A DNA stretch of 54,745 nt from Armatimonadota bacterium (GCA_016235455.1 JACRKZ010000070.1:1-54745), one strand, 5' to 3'. Shown: positions 43,802 through 54,296, counted from the stretch's first letter. Notes: generated by a model not told the origin, from the sequence alone. Program-made: numbers and translations.

Positions 43802-44071
43802 GTGACCGACGCCACCATCATTGAGATCGGGCGCGACACGCTGGGCACCATCATGATGCTCATGACGCCGCCGCTGACCGTCGCCCTGCTCGTGGGCGTG
43901 CTGATCTCCGTCATTCAGGCCGCAACGCAGATCCAGGAAGCAACGCTGTCCATGGTCCCCAAGATCATCGCGGTGTTCATGGCCCTGGCGGCCTTCGGGC
44001 CGTGGATGTCTACGCTTTTCCTGACGTTCGCGCATCGGCTGTTTGGCGGCTTCCCGGACCTGGTCAGGTAG
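43802..44071 (+). CDS. fliQ: Flagellar export gate FliQ
   Basis: QAATQIQE.TL..VPK, GPWM; GGAG RBS with GTG start. Confidence 0.96.
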   Translation: MTDATIIEIGRDTLGTIMMLMTPPLTVALLVGVLISVIQAATQIQEATLSMVPKIIAVFMALAAFGPWMSTLFLTFAHRLFGGFPDLVR

Positions 44072-44077
44072 TCGGCC

Positions 44078-44863
44078 ATGCCCCCGGACCTGATGCACAT
44101 CACCGCGCAGTTGCTGACGGCCTTCTTGCTGCTGTTCGGCCGGGTCCTGGGTATGTTCGCCGCCTTTCCGATGTTCGGTGAGCGCAATGTGCCTTGGCAG
44201 GCGCGCATCGGCATCGCCTTCTTCATGACACTGCTGCTGCTGCCCACCACCACGGCGCATCAGCCGCTGCCCGCCACCGATCTGGTCATGCTCGGTCTCG
44301 GCTTCATCCGTGAACTGCTGGTCGGCCTGTCCATTGCCTACCTGGCGCGACTGCTGTTCGGCGCGTTCCAGTTCGCGGTGAATGCGCTCGACTTCCAGTC
44401 GGGCCTGAGCTTTGTGCAGGTCGTCAACCCGGGCTCCGACACCAGCCTGAGCGTCATGGGCCAGTTCCTCAACACGCTCATGATGCTCATGTTCCTCGAG
44501 CTCGATGGCCATCACCTGATCATCCGCGCGCTGGGCGCATCGCTGCGCGCGGCACCGTTGGGCTACGCCGCGCCGCCACTGCCCACCGCCGAGCTGGTGG
44601 CGCGCATGTTCAGTTCATTCGTGCAGTTCGGCCTGCAGTTGGTCATGCCGGCGGTCCTGCTGCTCACGCTGGTGGACATTGCCATGGGCATCGTCGGCCG
44701 CGTCGTGCCGCAGCTCAATGTGTTCATGGTGGCGCTACCCATCAAGATCATGGTCATGATCGTCACGCTCAGCCTCACTCTGCCGGTCATGTCCGACATC
44801 ATGACCCGCCTGCTCGGCATCATGGGCGAAGGCCTCAATGCCTACGTGGGGATGATGGGCTAA
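44078..44863 (+). CDS. fliR: Flagellar export gate FliR
   Basis: ELLVG, D.Q.GL, DGHH..I, R.VPQLNVF...PIK. Confidence 0.96.
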   Translation: MPPDLMHITAQLLTAFLLLFGRVLGMFAAFPMFGERNVPWQARIGIAFFMTLLLLPTTTAHQPLPATDLVMLGLGFIRELLVGLSIAYLARLLFGAFQFAVNALDFQSGLSFVQVVNPGSDTSLSVMGQFLNTLMMLMFLELDGHHLIIRALGASLRAAPLGYAAPPLPTAELVARMFSSFVQFGLQLVMPAVLLLTLVDIAMGIVGRVVPQLNVFMVALPIKIMVMIVTLSLTLPVMSDIMTRLLGIMGEGLNAYVGMMG

Positions 44864-45918
44864 TGGGCTTCCTGGACAACAAGACCGAGGCCGCAACCCC
44901 CAAACGGCGCGGCGATGCGCGCAAGAAGGGCCAGGTCGCGCGCAGCCGCGATATCGTCTCCGTGGTGGTGCTGATCGCCGGTTTCTGCGCCATCCGCTCC
45001 GCCGGCCCAGCCATCTGGTCGGCGTTCCGTGGCGATCTGCTGTGGTTCCTCGACCAGGCCATGTCCGGCGACCGCATGGACGCCATGACCTCCGCGCCCG
45101 TGCGCATCGGACACACGCTGGCCGTGGCCATGGCGCCGCTGAGCGTGGCGGTCATGCTCGGCGCACTGATCAGCAATGTGGCGCAGACGGGACCGATGCT
45201 GCTCTCGGACCCGCTCAAGATCGACTTCAACAAACTCAACCCGGTCACGGGCCTCAAGCGGGTCTTCTCCCAGCAGTCCATCGCCGAACTGGCCAAATCC
45301 GGCGCCAAGGTCGGCGTCGTCACCTGGGTCGTCTACAAGTGGTTCGTCGTCAAGTACCCCGATGTGCTGGCCACCTCGCAGATGGACATCACGCAGTCGG
45401 CGCAGTTCGCCAGTGCGCTGGTCGTGGCCCTGTTCTGGAAGACGATGAACGTGCTCATCGTCATCGCCCTCATCGACTTCGCCTGGCAGCGGTACTCGTT
45501 CGAGAACTCGCTCAAGATGAGCCGAGACGAGCTCAAGGACGAGATCAAGCAGATGGACGGCAACCCCGAGATCAAGGGCGCCATCCGCCGCCGGCAGCGC
45601 GAGATCGGGCGCAACCGCATGATCGCCGCGGTGCGTGACGCCGACGTGGTCATCACCAACCCCACCCATTACGCCGTGGCCCTCATGTACAAGCCCGAGA
45701 CCATGGATGCGCCCGTGGTTGTCGCGCTGGGCCAGCGCCTCACCGCGCTGCGCATCAAGGAAGAGGCCAAGGAGCACGGCGTACCCATCGTCGAGAACAA
45801 GCCGCTGGCTCGCGCGCTGTTCGCGGCCTGCAACGTGGGCTCGCTGGTGCCGGCCGAGCTGTACGCCGCCGTGGCCCAGGTGCTGGCCTACGTCTACCGC
45901 CTGGCCGGCAAGCGATAG
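44863..45918 (+). CDS. flhB: Flagellar export switch FlhB
   Basis: KTE.AT.KR...AR.KGQV..S, GNPEIK, autocleavage motif NPTHYAVAL, PLARAL. Confidence 0.98.
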   Translation: MGFLDNKTEAATPKRRGDARKKGQVARSRDIVSVVVLIAGFCAIRSAGPAIWSAFRGDLLWFLDQAMSGDRMDAMTSAPVRIGHTLAVAMAPLSVAVMLGALISNVAQTGPMLLSDPLKIDFNKLNPVTGLKRVFSQQSIAELAKSGAKVGVVTWVVYKWFVVKYPDVLATSQMDITQSAQFASALVVALFWKTMNVLIVIALIDFAWQRYSFENSLKMSRDELKDEIKQMDGNPEIKGAIRRRQREIGRNRMIAAVRDADVVITNPTHYAVALMYKPETMDAPVVVALGQRLTALRIKEEAKEHGVPIVENKPLARALFAACNVGSLVPAELYAAVAQVLAYVYRLAGKR

Positions 45919-45957
45919 CCAATCCTCGGGTACACTAACGGCGAGAGGTGACCCGCC

Positions 45958-46807
45958 GTGGACGAGATGCAGTTCCCCGACTGGCAGGAGTTGGTCCTGA
46001 CCGTCGCCACCGAGCGCTGCGACGAGGCGCTGGCTCGCTTGGCCATGATCGGCTACGAGCAGGCCTGGATCGACCAGCCGATTGAGCACCTGCGCACCCC
46101 CGACGGCTGGGTGCCCTCCCCGCGCGATCCCGCGCATGTCCTGATCCACCTTTACTGCGATCCCGACGACACCGCCGCGGTCGACACCGTGCGGCAAGCG
46201 TTGGGCGACCTGGTGGCCGCGGTCACCTCGGCCACGTTGGCCACGGAGAACTGGCTCGACCTGTGGCGTCACGGGCGCCAGGTGGTGCAACTGGCCGACG
46301 GCTGGAGCATCTGCCCGCCATGGCTGCTGGACGACGCTCCGGTGCGTGAGCGCGCCGTGGTCATCGATCCCGGTCTGGCCTTCGGCGCGGGGGACCACCC
46401 CACCACGCAAGACTGCGGCCGCCTCATCGTGGCCCTGACCCGCGCCGGTGACCGAGTGCTCGATCTGGGCGCGGGCTCCGGCGTGCTGAGTATCCTCGCG
46501 CTCAAACTGGGCGCCGAGTCGGCCGTGGCGGATCGACCAACTCACGGTACACGAGGCCGATGCCACGCAGACTCCGCTCGATGGCCCGTTTGACCTGATC
46601 ATGGCCAACATCGGGGCTGGGGAGCTGCGCCGAATCGCTTCGTTTTGCACGGGCCTCGCCAAGCCCGGCTCGCGCCTGATTCTCTCGGGCTTGGTGGACT
46701 GGGCCTCGGACGAAGTGACGGCCGGCTATACCGCGCTGGGCTGGACTCTTGTCGAGCGCGTGCAGGGCGCGACGGAGTGGGTGACGGTCGCCTTGTCTCT
46801 GGCTTAG
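45958..46807 (+). pseudogene. prmA: Ribosomal protein L11 methyltransferase, internally deleted and frameshifted
   Basis: IDPGLAFGAG.HPTT and VLDLGAGSGVLSI in the first frame. The reading continues in the +1 frame after about 46531 as IDQL...FDLIMANI...LILSG...EW. Confidence 0.8.
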
Positions 46808-46907
46808 AAAGCCGCTCTGGAAGCGGAGTTGCGGCAACCTCGCAGCGATATGTTGCGAAACTGTGGAGCCTAGGCGGGAGGAAGTGGCAAAAGCCCGACA
46901 CAGGCGC

Positions 46908-46937
46908 TTGACATGCCTGTTACAGATTACCTATACT
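46908..46937 (+). promoter_or_regulatory. Sigma70-type promoter for sigH
   Basis: TTGACA-N18-TATACT; the -35 is enclosed by the inverted repeat ACAGGC...GCCTGT. Confidence 0.7.
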
Positions 46938-47087
46938 CCGCGCTGGAAGGTAGGCCCTCTTCCACCGGGCGCGCGGGGCACGGTGGGTGGGGCGTCGGAA
47001 GATGAGGACTGAGGGTGTCCTCGTCGTCGTACGCCGAAGCACCGGTTGCGACATTCGACCGCTGACGAATGCTTGGGAGAATGCAGC

Positions 47088-47744
47088 ATGGTGGACACCA
47101 GCGTCGCTGTCTGGTCAGTACCCACCGCGCGTCCGCACGATCTGGACGATCTAGCGCTTGTCCGTCGTGCCCAAGGAGGCGACCGTGAGGGCGAGAGGGC
47201 TCTGCTGGACCGCTACCGCGGCCTGGTCAGAAGCACTGTCCAGCGGTATTTCCTCGTGGGCGCGGAGCGCGATGATCTGCTCCAAGTGGGGATGATTGGG
47301 CTCTGGCAGGCCATCAACGACTTTCGCGAGGATCGCAACAACAGCTTCAAGAGCTTCGCGCACATCTGCATCAAACGGCAGATCATCACGGCGGTCAAGG
47401 CCGCCACGCGCCAGAAGCAGTTGCCGCTGAACACCTCGCTCTCACTCGACACGCCGCTCAATTGGGAGTCGCCCGAACACACGCTCTCCGATGTCATACC
47501 ATGCGATTCCTCGGCCGATCCCGCCGACCAGATCATCTTCGACGAGACCCGCCGCCTCCTCGAATACCGGTTGCACACCTCGCTCTCGTCGTTTGAGCGC
47601 AGTGTGCTGCTGGCCTACAAGGAAGGTCGCTCGTACCGCCAGATGGCTGACGAACTGCGCTGCAGCGTCAAGTCGATCGACAATGCGCTGTCGCGCGTCA
47701 AGCGCAAGCTGGCTGAGAAGACAGCGGAGATTTGGCACGCCTGA
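47088..47744 (+). CDS. sigH: RNA polymerase sigma factor SigH family
   Basis: YFLVGAERDDLLQVGMIGL..AI.DF, SF.SFA..CI.RQIITAVK.ATRQK..PLN, KSIDNAL.RVKRKL. Confidence 0.93.
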   Translation: MVDTSVAVWSVPTARPHDLDDLALVRRAQGGDREGERALLDRYRGLVRSTVQRYFLVGAERDDLLQVGMIGLWQAINDFREDRNNSFKSFAHICIKRQIITAVKAATRQKQLPLNTSLSLDTPLNWESPEHTLSDVIPCDSSADPADQIIFDETRRLLEYRLHTSLSSFERSVLLAYKEGRSYRQMADELRCSVKSIDNALSRVKRKLAEKTAEIWHA

Positions 47745-47768
47745 GCCGGTGTGACACGCCATTCTAGC

Positions 47769-47805
47769 AGGCCGTCGGTGCGATGCACCGGCGGCCTTTG
47801 TGTTT
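47769..47805 (+). terminator. Intrinsic terminator between convergent sigH and cheB
   Basis: 13-bp stem AGGCCGTCGGTGC / GCACCGGCGGCCT (one G-T pair) followed by TTGTGTTT. Confidence 0.7.
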
Positions 47806-47818
47806 GGGCGGAGGCAGC

Positions 47819-48883
<1,065 letters not shown>

Positions 48884-49360
48884 CTACAGTTCCCATTCTT
48901 GACCGCGCGACCGGATCATGGTCCGACCGCCGTCGAGGTGCAAGTAGAGCGTGCGCGCAATGCTGCCGCCCACGTCCTCCTTGGCCACCCGGATGCCGTT
49001 CTTCTGGAGCATCTTGGTGGCGACCAGGTGATTCCGCTCGCCGATGCGGAACGTGCCGCTCTCGTCGAGCATGTGCGCCGAGCCGGCCAGTTTGGCGATG
49101 AGCCGGTCGCGTTGCGCGCCCAACTCGTAGACCGAGGTCAGCAGCATGGCGATGCCGGTGTCGGCGAACATGGCCGGCCGCTGCTGAGCCTTGGCCGGAT
49201 CAAGCTGCGACAATGGCAAGAGGCAATGCACCATACCCCCGACCCTGGCCACGGGGTCGAACACCGTGACACCGATGCACGAGCCCAGCGAGTAGGTCAC
49301 TATCACGTCATCCCAGCGGTTGGAGACCTGGAACTCCGAGATTCCTACGGTATGTACCAC
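48884..49360 (-). CDS. cheD: Chemoreceptor glutamine deamidase CheD
   Basis: LGSCIGV, GGMVH.LLP, FADTG, IGERN, EDVGG...R. Confidence 0.97.
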   Translation of the reverse strand: MVHTVGISEFQVSNRWDDVIVTYSLGSCIGVTVFDPVARVGGMVHCLLPLSQLDPAKAQQRPAMFADTGIAMLLTSVYELGAQRDRLIAKLAGSAHMLDESGTFRIGERNHLVATKMLQKNGIRVAKEDVGGSIARTLYLHLDGGRTMIRSRGQEWEL

Positions 49361-49402
49361 GTCGTAGACCCGTCCTGCCCGCCAGTAGCCAAGGCATTGT
49401 CA

Positions 49403-50209
49403 CTAGGCTGGTTTGATGTAGACCGACGGCCGCACGGGCTTGAACCCGCCCGTCAGGCCCGTGAGGCTCTCCGCATGACCGACCATGAGTATGCCACTCG
49501 GTCGCAAAAGGCGGAAGGCCTCGTCGAGGAAGCGCTGCCGCACCGTGTTGTCGAAGTAGATCATCACGTTGCGGCAAATGATCAGGTCCAGCGGCCCCTT
49601 GAGGGGATACGGTGTCTCGGCGAGGTTCATGCGGCGGAACGCGAGCAGTTGCTTGAGTTCGTCGCCGACCGCGAGCATGGTGCCCTTGGGCCGCTGGACC
49701 TTGGCAAAGTACTTCTGCCTCAGCTCAGGCGGCACGGGGTGGACCTTCTCGGGCTCATACTCGCCGACCTGCGCCTGTTCGAGCACCTGGGTATTGATGT
49801 CCGTGGCCAGGATCCGCGCGTCGACCGCACGGCCGGCCAGGGCCTCCTTCACCGTGATGGCGATGGTGTAAGGTTCCTCCCCGGTCGAACTCGCGGCGCA
49901 CCACAGCCGCAACCGGGTCCGGCCTTCGGCCAGCCAGGCGGTCAGGTAGCCGGTCATTTGCTCGAAGTGGTCGCGTTCCCGGTAGAAGCTGGTGGTGTTG
50001 GTCGAGATGGCATCGAGCAGGATCGTCAACTCGGTACCAGACTGGTCGTTGACCACATGCTGGTAGTAGTCGCTATGGTGCTCGAGGCCCAGGCTGCGCA
50101 TGCGTTTGCCCACACGCGCGGCCACCAACACCTCCTTGCCATCGCGCAGCAGGATGCCGCTGCGATCGTAGATGAGGTCCCGGAACCGTTCGAAGACAAC
50201 CCTATCCAT
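49403..50209 (-). CDS. cheR: Chemotaxis methyltransferase CheR
   Basis: TNTTSFYRE, WCAASSTGEEPYT, ATDI, CRNVMIYF, GHAES. Confidence 0.98.
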   Translation of the reverse strand: MDRVVFERFRDLIYDRSGILLRDGKEVLVAARVGKRMRSLGLEHHSDYYQHVVNDQSGTELTILLDAISTNTTSFYRERDHFEQMTGYLTAWLAEGRTRLRLWCAASSTGEEPYTIAITVKEALAGRAVDARILATDINTQVLEQAQVGEYEPEKVHPVPPELRQKYFAKVQRPKGTMLAVGDELKQLLAFRRMNLAETPYPLKGPLDLIICRNVMIYFDNTVRQRFLDEAFRLLRPSGILMVGHAESLTGLTGGFKPVRPSVYIKPA

Positions 50210-50217
50210 GTTCAACC

Positions 50218-50586
50218 TCAGGCGGACGCGCGCGCCAAGGTGTCGGTGACCTTGTCGATGAGCATCTGGGGCTCGAACGGCTTGATCACGTAGTTGTTGG
50301 CCCCAGCCTTGATGGCCTCCAGCACGCGGCTCTTTTCCGCTTCGGTCGTGACCATGATGATTGGCATCTTGCAGCCCATGGCACGGATTTCGCGGACGGC
50401 GTCGATGCCCTTGAGGTTGGGCATGTTCCAGTCCATGAGGACCAGGTCGAAATCATGCTCAACCACAGCCGCGACGGCCTCCTGGCCATCACCGGCCTGC
50501 ACCACGTCGGTGATGTCGGCCTTGGCCAGGGCGCCGATGACAATGCGCCTCATGACGCCCGAATCGTCGACAACAAGTGCTTTCAT
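50218..50586 (-). CDS. cheY: Chemotaxis response regulator CheY
   Basis: VVDDS, DWNMP, MVTTE, YVIKPF; single receiver domain. Confidence 0.95.
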   Translation of the reverse strand: MKALVVDDSGVMRRIVIGALAKADITDVVQAGDGQEAVAAVVEHDFDLVLMDWNMPNLKGIDAVREIRAMGCKMPIIMVTTEAEKSRVLEAIKAGANNYVIKPFEPQMLIDKVTDTLARASA

Positions 50587-50598
50587 CGAACCACCACC

Positions 50599-51111
50599 TC
50601 ACTGCTTCTCAAACTCAAACGTCACACGCAGCACGAAGTTGCCCAGGTCGCTGGTGAAGGGGATCTCCAGCCAGGCTGCCTGCGACGGATGCATGACCTG
50701 ATAGTCGGCGCCGGCGACGACGGTCGGCAGACCCAGGTCGATGGCCGGCGTATCGGAATTGATCAGCCGGGCCTTGGCGCCACCGGCGATGATATTGGCC
50801 ATCTCCGCGACGGTATCGGTCACGTCCTCGGTCACCTCCGTGGGCTCATCGCCCAACAGACGGCCCACGATGTTGAACACCGTGTTGACCGGGAACGACA
50901 GCGCCACGGTGCCGCGCGCCGGCCCGCTGAGGCCGATAATGGCCACCAGGCTGAGCGTCTCGCTGCCCTTGCTGGTCAGCGTGACGTCGCCGCGCTTGGC
51001 CTTGCTGCTGAGCATCGTCTGGAACAACTCGTTGACGCTCTCGATAAACGGGTTGATGTATTCCACCCGCATCGTGCGCGCAGCTGCCCCTGCGGTTGTC
51101 GAACTTGACAC
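50599..51111 (-). CDS. cheX: CheY-P phosphatase CheX
   Basis: EYINPF, IGLSG...G, ExxN motif EMANIIAG, LPTVV.G; GAGGAGG RBS. Confidence 0.93.
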   Translation of the reverse strand: MSSSTTAGAAARTMRVEYINPFIESVNELFQTMLSSKAKRGDVTLTSKGSETLSLVAIIGLSGPARGTVALSFPVNTVFNIVGRLLGDEPTEVTEDVTDTVAEMANIIAGGAKARLINSDTPAIDLGLPTVVAGADYQVMHPSQAAWLEIPFTSDLGNFVLRVTFEFEKQ

Positions 51112-51134
51112 GTCTGCCTCCTCGCTAGCGCCAC

Positions 51135-51659
51135 TCAGAAGTCTGACGCCACAGTGTCGACCGCGAGCAACTCGTTGACCGACAACACCTTATCCACGTC
51201 CAGCAACATCAGCACGCGTTCGGAAACCTTGCCCATGCCGAGAATGAAGCTCGTATCGATAGCCAGACCGAAGGCCGGCGGCGGCTCGATGGAGCCGGCG
51301 TCGATGTCGCGCACCTCGGACACGCGGTCCACCAGCACGCCCATCTGCATGACCCGGTCGCCTGCCTGGGCATCGACCACGATGATACACGTCTGCTCGG
51401 TATCTTCCACCGTGACCATGCCAAACTTGGCCCGCAGATCGACCACCGCGATGACCTTGCCGCGCAGGTTGATCACGCCGCGCACGAAGTCCGGCGTGCG
51501 TGGCACCGAGGTGATGTCCAGCAGGCCGATGATCTCGCGCACTTTGAGGATGGCCAGGCCATACTCTTCGGCGCCAAGCTGGAACGTCAGATACTTGCCA
51601 GCCAAGCTCTCACCCAGGCTGCCCGCGGTGGCCGCGCGCCCGGTTGCTTCGTTTGCCAT
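51135..51659 (-). CDS. cheW: Chemotaxis coupling protein CheW
   Basis: YLTF.L..EEYG, V.EII, GVINLRG.VI..VDLR, G.LVD.V.EV. Confidence 0.98.
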   Translation of the reverse strand: MANEATGRAATAGSLGESLAGKYLTFQLGAEEYGLAILKVREIIGLLDITSVPRTPDFVRGVINLRGKVIAVVDLRAKFGMVTVEDTEQTCIIVVDAQAGDRVMQMGVLVDRVSEVRDIDAGSIEPPPAFGLAIDTSFILGMGKVSERVLMLLDVDKVLSVNELLAVDTVASDF

Positions 51660-51727
51660 CTCAGGTTCTCCTCAGTAATCAGTCTCGCCGGCGCCCCAGC
51701 GCCGGCCGCGTCAATCTGGCCCCGGCC

Positions 51728-54235
51728 TCAGACCAGGTCCAGCGCCAGGCCGTTGCCCTCGGCCAGCTTCACCAAGCCGCTCACGTCCAGGATCAGGCCC
51801 ACCAGGCCGTCGGGCATGATGGCACCGCCACTGATGCCCAGCAGCCCGCGCATGGTTTCGCCCAGGCTCTTGATCACAATCTGTTGTTGGCCCAGCAACT
51901 CGTCGGCCAGCAGGCAGACGCGTCGGCCATCGTCGTCCACCACAATCGCCAGCGCCTCCGTGGCGTCCTCGATGGCGCCTGGGATGCCGAACAGCGACGA
52001 GAGCCGGAACAGCGGCACCAACTGGCCCTGCACATCGAGCATCTCGCCGCGGTCCAGCACGGACGACAGCGTCTGCGCCGACGGCCGGATGCTGGTCACG
52101 ATGGACAACGTCGGCAGCACGTAGCGCTCGTCACCAACCCGCACCACCATGCCGTCGATGACGGCGAGGGTCAGCGGTAGCCGGATGGTGAAGACGCTGC
52201 CCTTGCCCTTTTCGCTGCGAATGTCCACCGCGCCGCGCAAGGCCTCGATGTTCCGCTTGACGACATCCATGCCCACGCCGCGCCCGCTGACGTCGGTCAC
52301 CTGCTTGGCGGTGGAGAAGCCCGGCTCGAAGATGAGCGCATACGCCTCGCGGTCGCTCAGCGGCTCGCCTTCCTTAATGATGCCGCGCTCTATCGCCTTG
52401 GCAACAATGGCGTCCTTGTCCAGACCGCGGCCATCGTCGTGGATCTCGATGTGGATGTTGCCGCCCTTGTGGAAGGCACGCAGCTCGACACGCGCCACGG
52501 CGGGCTTGCCGGCCGCCAGGCGATCGTCGACCTCGGTCTCGATGCCATGGTCCACGGCGTTGCGCACCATATGCACCAGCGGGTCACCGATGCGCTCGAC
52601 CACGCTGCGGTCGAGCTCGGTGTCCTCACCGGTGGTGGCGAACTCCACCTGCTTGCCGGTCTTGACGCCGAGGTCGCGCACCAGGCGCGCCATCTTCTGG
52701 AACGTGGCGCGGACCGGAACCATGCGTAGCGACGTGCCTAGCTCCTGCAGTTCGCGCGTGATCTTGTCGAGCTGGCTGATCTGACGCTGCACCGAGGCCG
52801 AGCCCAGGCCGCGGATGTCGTCGGCCTGAGAGACCATCGACTCCGCGATGACCAGCTCGCCGATTGTGTCGATGAGCCGGTCCAGGCGGTCCGGATCGAC
52901 GCGGACGGTGTCGGTGGCCATGGACGGCGACTGCGCCTGTCGTCCACCGGCGGCGGACTTCTGTGCGCGCAGCGCGATGGCCACGTCCTTGGGCTTGGCG
53001 TCGCCGTCCTTGACGAGCTGCTCGCCCAGCTTCAGGTTGCCGGTCGACTGGCGCTGCAGGGCGCTGTCAACGGCGCCCTTGGTGACCAGCCCGGCCTGCA
53101 CCAGCAGGTCGCCGAGCTTGGCGCCGGCCGGCGCACCGCCAATCAGCTTGAGCCGCGGCACCACCTCGTCCAACTCGGGGAAGACGGCCAACATGCCATC
53201 GCCGTGCAGCGCGTCATGGACAGCCTGTACGAGCGCCTTGAGCAGGTCGACCGCTTCGAAGATGACGTCGACAACCATGCCCTCCAGCAGCAACGAGCCA
53301 CTGCGGGCGCGCTCCAGGACGTTCTCCGCTTCGTGAGACAGCCGGGTCACGTCGCGCAGCGCCAGGAAGCCGGCCACGCCCTTGATGGTGTGGAACGCGC
53401 GGAAGACGGCGTTGAGCGCTTCGTCGTGCGTCGGGTCGGTCTCCAGGGTCAGCAGGTTGACGTCGCAGGCCTCGAGGTGCTCGCGGGCCTCGGCGACGAA
53501 GTCACCCAGCAGCGACTCGTCGCCCTCAATCTTCTGCGGCTGCGCCGCGGCGGCGGCGACGGGCTGGTCGGCGTCCACCTCAGCCAGGGGCTCAACCTCG
53601 GCGACCGGTGTCGAGGGCCGCATCATGGCCACGTCGCGGGCCTGTCGACCATCGCGCACCACGGACTGCAGCGCTTCCACGGAGGCCATGATGCTGCGCA
53701 GCGCCGCGGCTTCGTCGGCGACCTCGGCCAGCACGATGGCTTCGAGCAGCGAGCCGGCCTCGGAGGCCACCTTGGCCACCTCGAACTCGGCCTCGGCTTC
53801 GGCCCAGTCGGCGATGCGCTCGAACTGCGTGTGCAACGAGGCGAGCGCCGGAAGATCGTCCGCTTCAACCAGAAGCAGCGCTTCGGCGATCTGGTCGAGC
53901 ACGGCGGTCATGTCCGCCGTGCCGGACTCCGGAGTCTCGTCGCAGGAGTCGGCCAGGTCGTGGGCCAGTTCGGCCAGCGTCTGCACGGGGTCGGCGACGT
54001 CGCCGAGCACCACGGCCTCGATTGTGCCCGCGGCGTCCAAGAGCCGGGCCCGCAGCGCCGAACTCTCGGGCAACCCCGAGGTCGCCTGCTGCAGGCGAGT
54101 ATGCAGGGCAGCCAGACCAGGAAGGTCCCCGACATCAGCGGCGTCCAGCGCGGCCACCAGCGAACCAAGCAGCGCTTCGGCGCCGCCGGCAGCACCGCTC
54201 AAGGCAGCGCCGCTCTCCATCGTCACATCACTCAC
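51728..54235 (-). CDS. cheA: Chemotaxis histidine kinase CheA with extra N-terminal helical repeats and MshEN-like insert
   Basis: Hpt FRAFHTIKG; dimerisation RLD.L...IGELVI; H.VRNAVDHG; DDGRG; GRGVGMDVV; CheW-like P5. GGGAGG RBS before GTG 54235; the ORF is open to 54262. Confidence 0.97.
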   Translation of the reverse strand: MSDVTMESGAALSGAAGGAEALLGSLVAALDAADVGDLPGLAALHTRLQQATSGLPESSALRARLLDAAGTIEAVVLGDVADPVQTLAELAHDLADSCDETPESGTADMTAVLDQIAEALLLVEADDLPALASLHTQFERIADWAEAEAEFEVAKVASEAGSLLEAIVLAEVADEAAALRSIMASVEALQSVVRDGRQARDVAMMRPSTPVAEVEPLAEVDADQPVAAAAAQPQKIEGDESLLGDFVAEAREHLEACDVNLLTLETDPTHDEALNAVFRAFHTIKGVAGFLALRDVTRLSHEAENVLERARSGSLLLEGMVVDVIFEAVDLLKALVQAVHDALHGDGMLAVFPELDEVVPRLKLIGGAPAGAKLGDLLVQAGLVTKGAVDSALQRQSTGNLKLGEQLVKDGDAKPKDVAIALRAQKSAAGGRQAQSPSMATDTVRVDPDRLDRLIDTIGELVIAESMVSQADDIRGLGSASVQRQISQLDKITRELQELGTSLRMVPVRATFQKMARLVRDLGVKTGKQVEFATTGEDTELDRSVVERIGDPLVHMVRNAVDHGIETEVDDRLAAGKPAVARVELRAFHKGGNIHIEIHDDGRGLDKDAIVAKAIERGIIKEGEPLSDREAYALIFEPGFSTAKQVTDVSGRGVGMDVVKRNIEALRGAVDIRSEKGKGSVFTIRLPLTLAVIDGMVVRVGDERYVLPTLSIVTSIRPSAQTLSSVLDRGEMLDVQGQLVPLFRLSSLFGIPGAIEDATEALAIVVDDDGRRVCLLADELLGQQQIVIKSLGETMRGLLGISGGAIMPDGLVGLILDVSGLVKLAEGNGLALDLV

Positions 54236-54268
54236 CGTGACCACCTCCCGCTCAGGTTCCACTTTCCA

Positions 54269-54296
54269 TGGTTCGGCCAGAAGTAAGCCGGCTTAA
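54269..54296 (-). promoter_or_regulatory. Candidate sigma28 (FliA/SigD) promoter for the che operon
   Basis: TTAAG-N14-GCCGAACC on the minus strand; the 12-bp palindrome TAAGCCGGCTTA overlaps the -35. Confidence 0.55.

Noticed and set aside
46525-46600. Programmed frameshift in prmA
   Set aside because: No slippery sequence, and coding sequence is actually missing, so recoding could not restore the protein.
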